NCBI GenBank assembly: GCA_028534125.1
Contig: CM052818.1
Location: forward strand, 9,550,001 to 9,614,000
Origin: Lama glama
Taxonomy: Eukaryota
Length of the DNA stretch: 64,000 bases
Direction of reading: 5' to 3'
A model generated the notes under the pieces. That model was not told the origin of the DNA and ran no database searches. It saw only the letters and a program-made list of their open reading frames with translations. A program made the position numbers and the translations under genes. Of the stretch, positions 60,940 to 64,000 are shown in pieces. Every line of letters begins with the position of its first letter. Within the stretch, counting starts at the first letter, position 1.

Positions 60940-62635
60940 TGGGACATTACTACTAGTCCTACAGAAATTAAAATATAGCCTAAGAGAGTACTATGAACAA
61001 TTGTATGATAAAAAATTGAATAACCTAGATGAAATGGAAAAATTCCTAGAAAAAAAACTACCAAAACTGAATCATGAAGAAATAGAAAATCTGAATAGTA
61101 CTATAGTAAGAAAACTGAATCAACAGTAAAAAAAAAAAAAAAAAAAAGAAAACAGAAAAACAAAAAAACTGCCCAACAAAGAAAAGTCCTAGACCAGATG
61201 GTTTCACTGGGGAATTCTGTCAAACACTTAAAAAAGAACAAACACCAATCTTTCTCAAACTCATTCAAGAAACTGAAGAAGGAATAAGCCCTAAATTATT
61301 CTATAAGCACAACATTACCTTGATACCAAAGCCAGGCAAAGATACTTAAAAAAAGAAAACTAAAGACCAATACTTCTTATGAATATTGAGGCAAAAATTT
61401 CCAACAAAGTAATAGAAAACTTAATTTATTCAAATTTTTAAAGGATTATACACCATGACCAAGTAAGACTTATTCCTGAAATTCAAGGATAGTTCAACAT
61501 ACAAAAATCATGTAATGCAAACTATTAATGGAATGAAGAGGGGAAAATGATCATCTCAATTGATGCAGGAAAGTAATTTGCCAAAATTTAACATCCTTTC
61601 ATGATAAAACACTAAAAAAAAAAAAACCTAGGAATAGAAGAAAACTACCCCAACATAATAGAGGCCATGTATTAAAAACCCCACAGTTAACATCATACTC
61701 AATGGTGAGAAAATATTTGCAAATCACATATAGGATAATAGATTAATACCCAGAATATATAAAGAACTTCTATAACTCAACAAGAACAAAACAACCCAAC
61801 AACTCAATTCAAATATAGGCACAGGGCTTGAACAGACATCTCTCCAAAGAAGATATACAAATGATCAACAAGTACAAGAAAAGATACTCAACATCACTAA
61901 TCATTGAGGAGCTAATCAAAATCACAATGAGATACTACCTCACATTCCATTAAGAAGACTATTATTTTTGAAACAAGGAGGGGGGAAACAGAAAACCAAG
62001 TGTTGCTAAGGATGTAAAGAAACTGGAAACCTGGTGCACTGCTGTTGAGAATGTAAAATGGTACAGTCACTGTGGAAAACAGTATAGCAGTTCTTCGAAA
62101 AGTTAAACATAGCATTACCATATGATCCAGCAATTCCCACTTCTGGGTATATACACAAATGAAGAAAAGCAGGGACTTTAACAGTACACCCATGTTCACA
62201 GCAGCATTCTTCACAATAGCCAAAAGCTAGTAACAACCTAGTATTCATTGACAAGTGAATAGATGAACAAAATGTGGCATATACATACAACGGAATGTTA
62301 TTCAGCCTTAAAAAGAAATGAAATTCTGATACGTTACACATGGATGAATGGTTGAAGGCATTATGCTAAGTGAAGTAAGCCAGATACAGAAGGATGACAC
62401 ATTATAAGAGTCCACTTATATCACATTCTGTAACAGTCAAATTCATAGATGCAGAAAGTATAACAGTAGCTACCAGGTGCTAAGAAAGGGAGAAATGGTG
62501 AGTTATTCTATAATGGATACATAGTTTCAGTTTGGGATGATGAAAAAGTTTTGGAGATGGATAGTGATGATGTTTGCACAACAAAGTGAATATACTTAAT
62601 GCCACTGGCCTATACATTTAGAAAATGGTTAAAAC
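60940..62635 (+). mobile_element. L1 (L1MB-like) ORF2 plus 3' end, with an internal deletion near 61710
   Basis: ORF2 remnant YYEQLYDKKLNNLDEMEKFLE; jumps at ctcaatggtgagaaaatatttgc; typical 3' UTR. Confidence 0.88.
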
Positions 62636-63334
62636 GCTCTTCCATGATGCCATCACCACCCACTGGGCTTCCTTCCTTCTTGCTTTCTCTCAGCTGTCAC
62701 TTCAACTCAGTAACACACCATGTCACCTACCTGCATCCCAAATCCTTGTCCCATCCAGCTCCAGCCACAGACATGCTGGAAAGTGGCAGATTCTTTCATG
62801 CTCTGTGTCATTTCTCACCTCCCACCCCATTTATTCCTTGACCCCTGACTCCCAGAACCCTGAAAATTTCATTCCCTCTTGTTATCAAAACCTTCGTTTC
62901 AATCCTTTGTACCAAGAATGCTGATTAAAAACATAAAGTGTTTCCACTCTCAAGGATATTTGTTTATTAACAAGAGCTTAAAGTGAAAGCAAGACAGTTG
63001 GGGTAGAATTTCAGGTATCAGCCAGGAGATGGGGAGTTCTCTTTGGAACAAGTGGGGCTTTTCTGGTGCTCCTGGCATCTGCCACATTTGGGTCAGACAT
63101 CCACTCCTCCTAGGGTGAGCAGTTCTGCCCTGCCTCCCCTCTCCTGCTTTCAGTCTCCTTTGGAGTGGTGGCCAGAGGGTGTCAACTCCTGGTGACAGGG
63201 TCCACAGCAATTTGTGCTACAGATGGGTCCAGGGTGCATGTGAGTCCCCAACCACCTCCCTAAGGCCTTGATCCATGTGATTGGGTGAGGTCCTCTGACA
63301 AGAGCATGATCCCCAAACAGCAGGATCAAGACGA

Positions 63335-63700
63335 GGACATTCAGAGGACTCACAAGTCACAGCTGCCTGAATTTGGAAACTGATAATGAGCACAGGACCC
63401 AGGTCTGGCTAATCAGAAGAGTCCACAGTTCAGGGGTCAACCTGTGACCTAATCAGCTCAGTTAGTCTCAATGTCAAGACATCTGCAGAAACCACCAGCA
63501 CAGAAGAGAGCAGGGCTGAGAGGTGTGGAGAGAGACAAACTACAAATGACTCTGCTTGATCTAATCATGCCTGAAGCCTTGATTTTCAGTGTGGAGTAGA
63601 CACTGAGCTTTCAGTTATGTGAGCCAATGCTATTCCTTTTGGGCTTAAACTGGTCTGAGTGGGGTATATGTCTCTTCTGATCCAAGGTTCCTGATCAAAA
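63335..63700 (+). mobile_element. ERVL-type LTR (LTR16/LTR33-like)
   Basis: tgcctgaagcc...ctttcagttatgtgagccaat...gcttaaactggtctgagtgggg 3' LTR motifs. Confidence 0.6.
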
Positions 63701-64000
63701 CACAATGTAACCAACATCAGACTGCCTCCCTTTCTGAGCCTTCCAATCTTAACATGAGATTCCTTGATTTCTCACACAAGAGTCATTGAGCCATCAATCA
63801 TGTCCTGACCTTAGTGGACATTAAACAGGTTCCCTTCAGCCTCCAAAAGACAAGTGGAATAAAATGAGTGCCATTTCTTGTTCATGAAATTAGTGCAGCC
63901 TTTTTCCTACCACAGCTAGTAGGGCTGCTTGGAGGTTCTATTTTGGATTTTAGAAAGCTAACTGGAAGTGACCAAAACTCATCAACATCGAGCTGTGACA

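Overview
Mammalian genomic DNA, most likely a camelid judging by the lineage-specific SINE and L1 tails. It matches the conserved block that lies at 2p15 in human. The window holds three genes. (1) The last 13 coding exons of USP34 (+ strand, 3936-27807, C-terminal ~864 aa). (2) A complete, intact 9-exon AHSA2 (- strand, CDS 45576->29115, 332 aa) with a CpG-island promoter; the human orthologue is annotated as a pseudogene. (3) The 4 coding exons of a C2orf74 orthologue (- strand, 58953->57297, 179 aa, single-pass membrane protein). USP34 and AHSA2 are convergent and appear to share one bidirectional polyadenylation element near 28340-28385. The rest is mostly interspersed repeats (L1, L2, MIR, MaLR/ERVL LTRs, hAT and Tigger MITEs). 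These include a 7.6 kb nested L1 composite in AHSA2 intron 2 carrying a 136-bp templated insertion, and a fossil 7SK copy in a USP34 intron. Gene names and repeat subfamilies come from recall of the families, not from database searches. No prokaryotic-type system (CRISPR, operon) is present.
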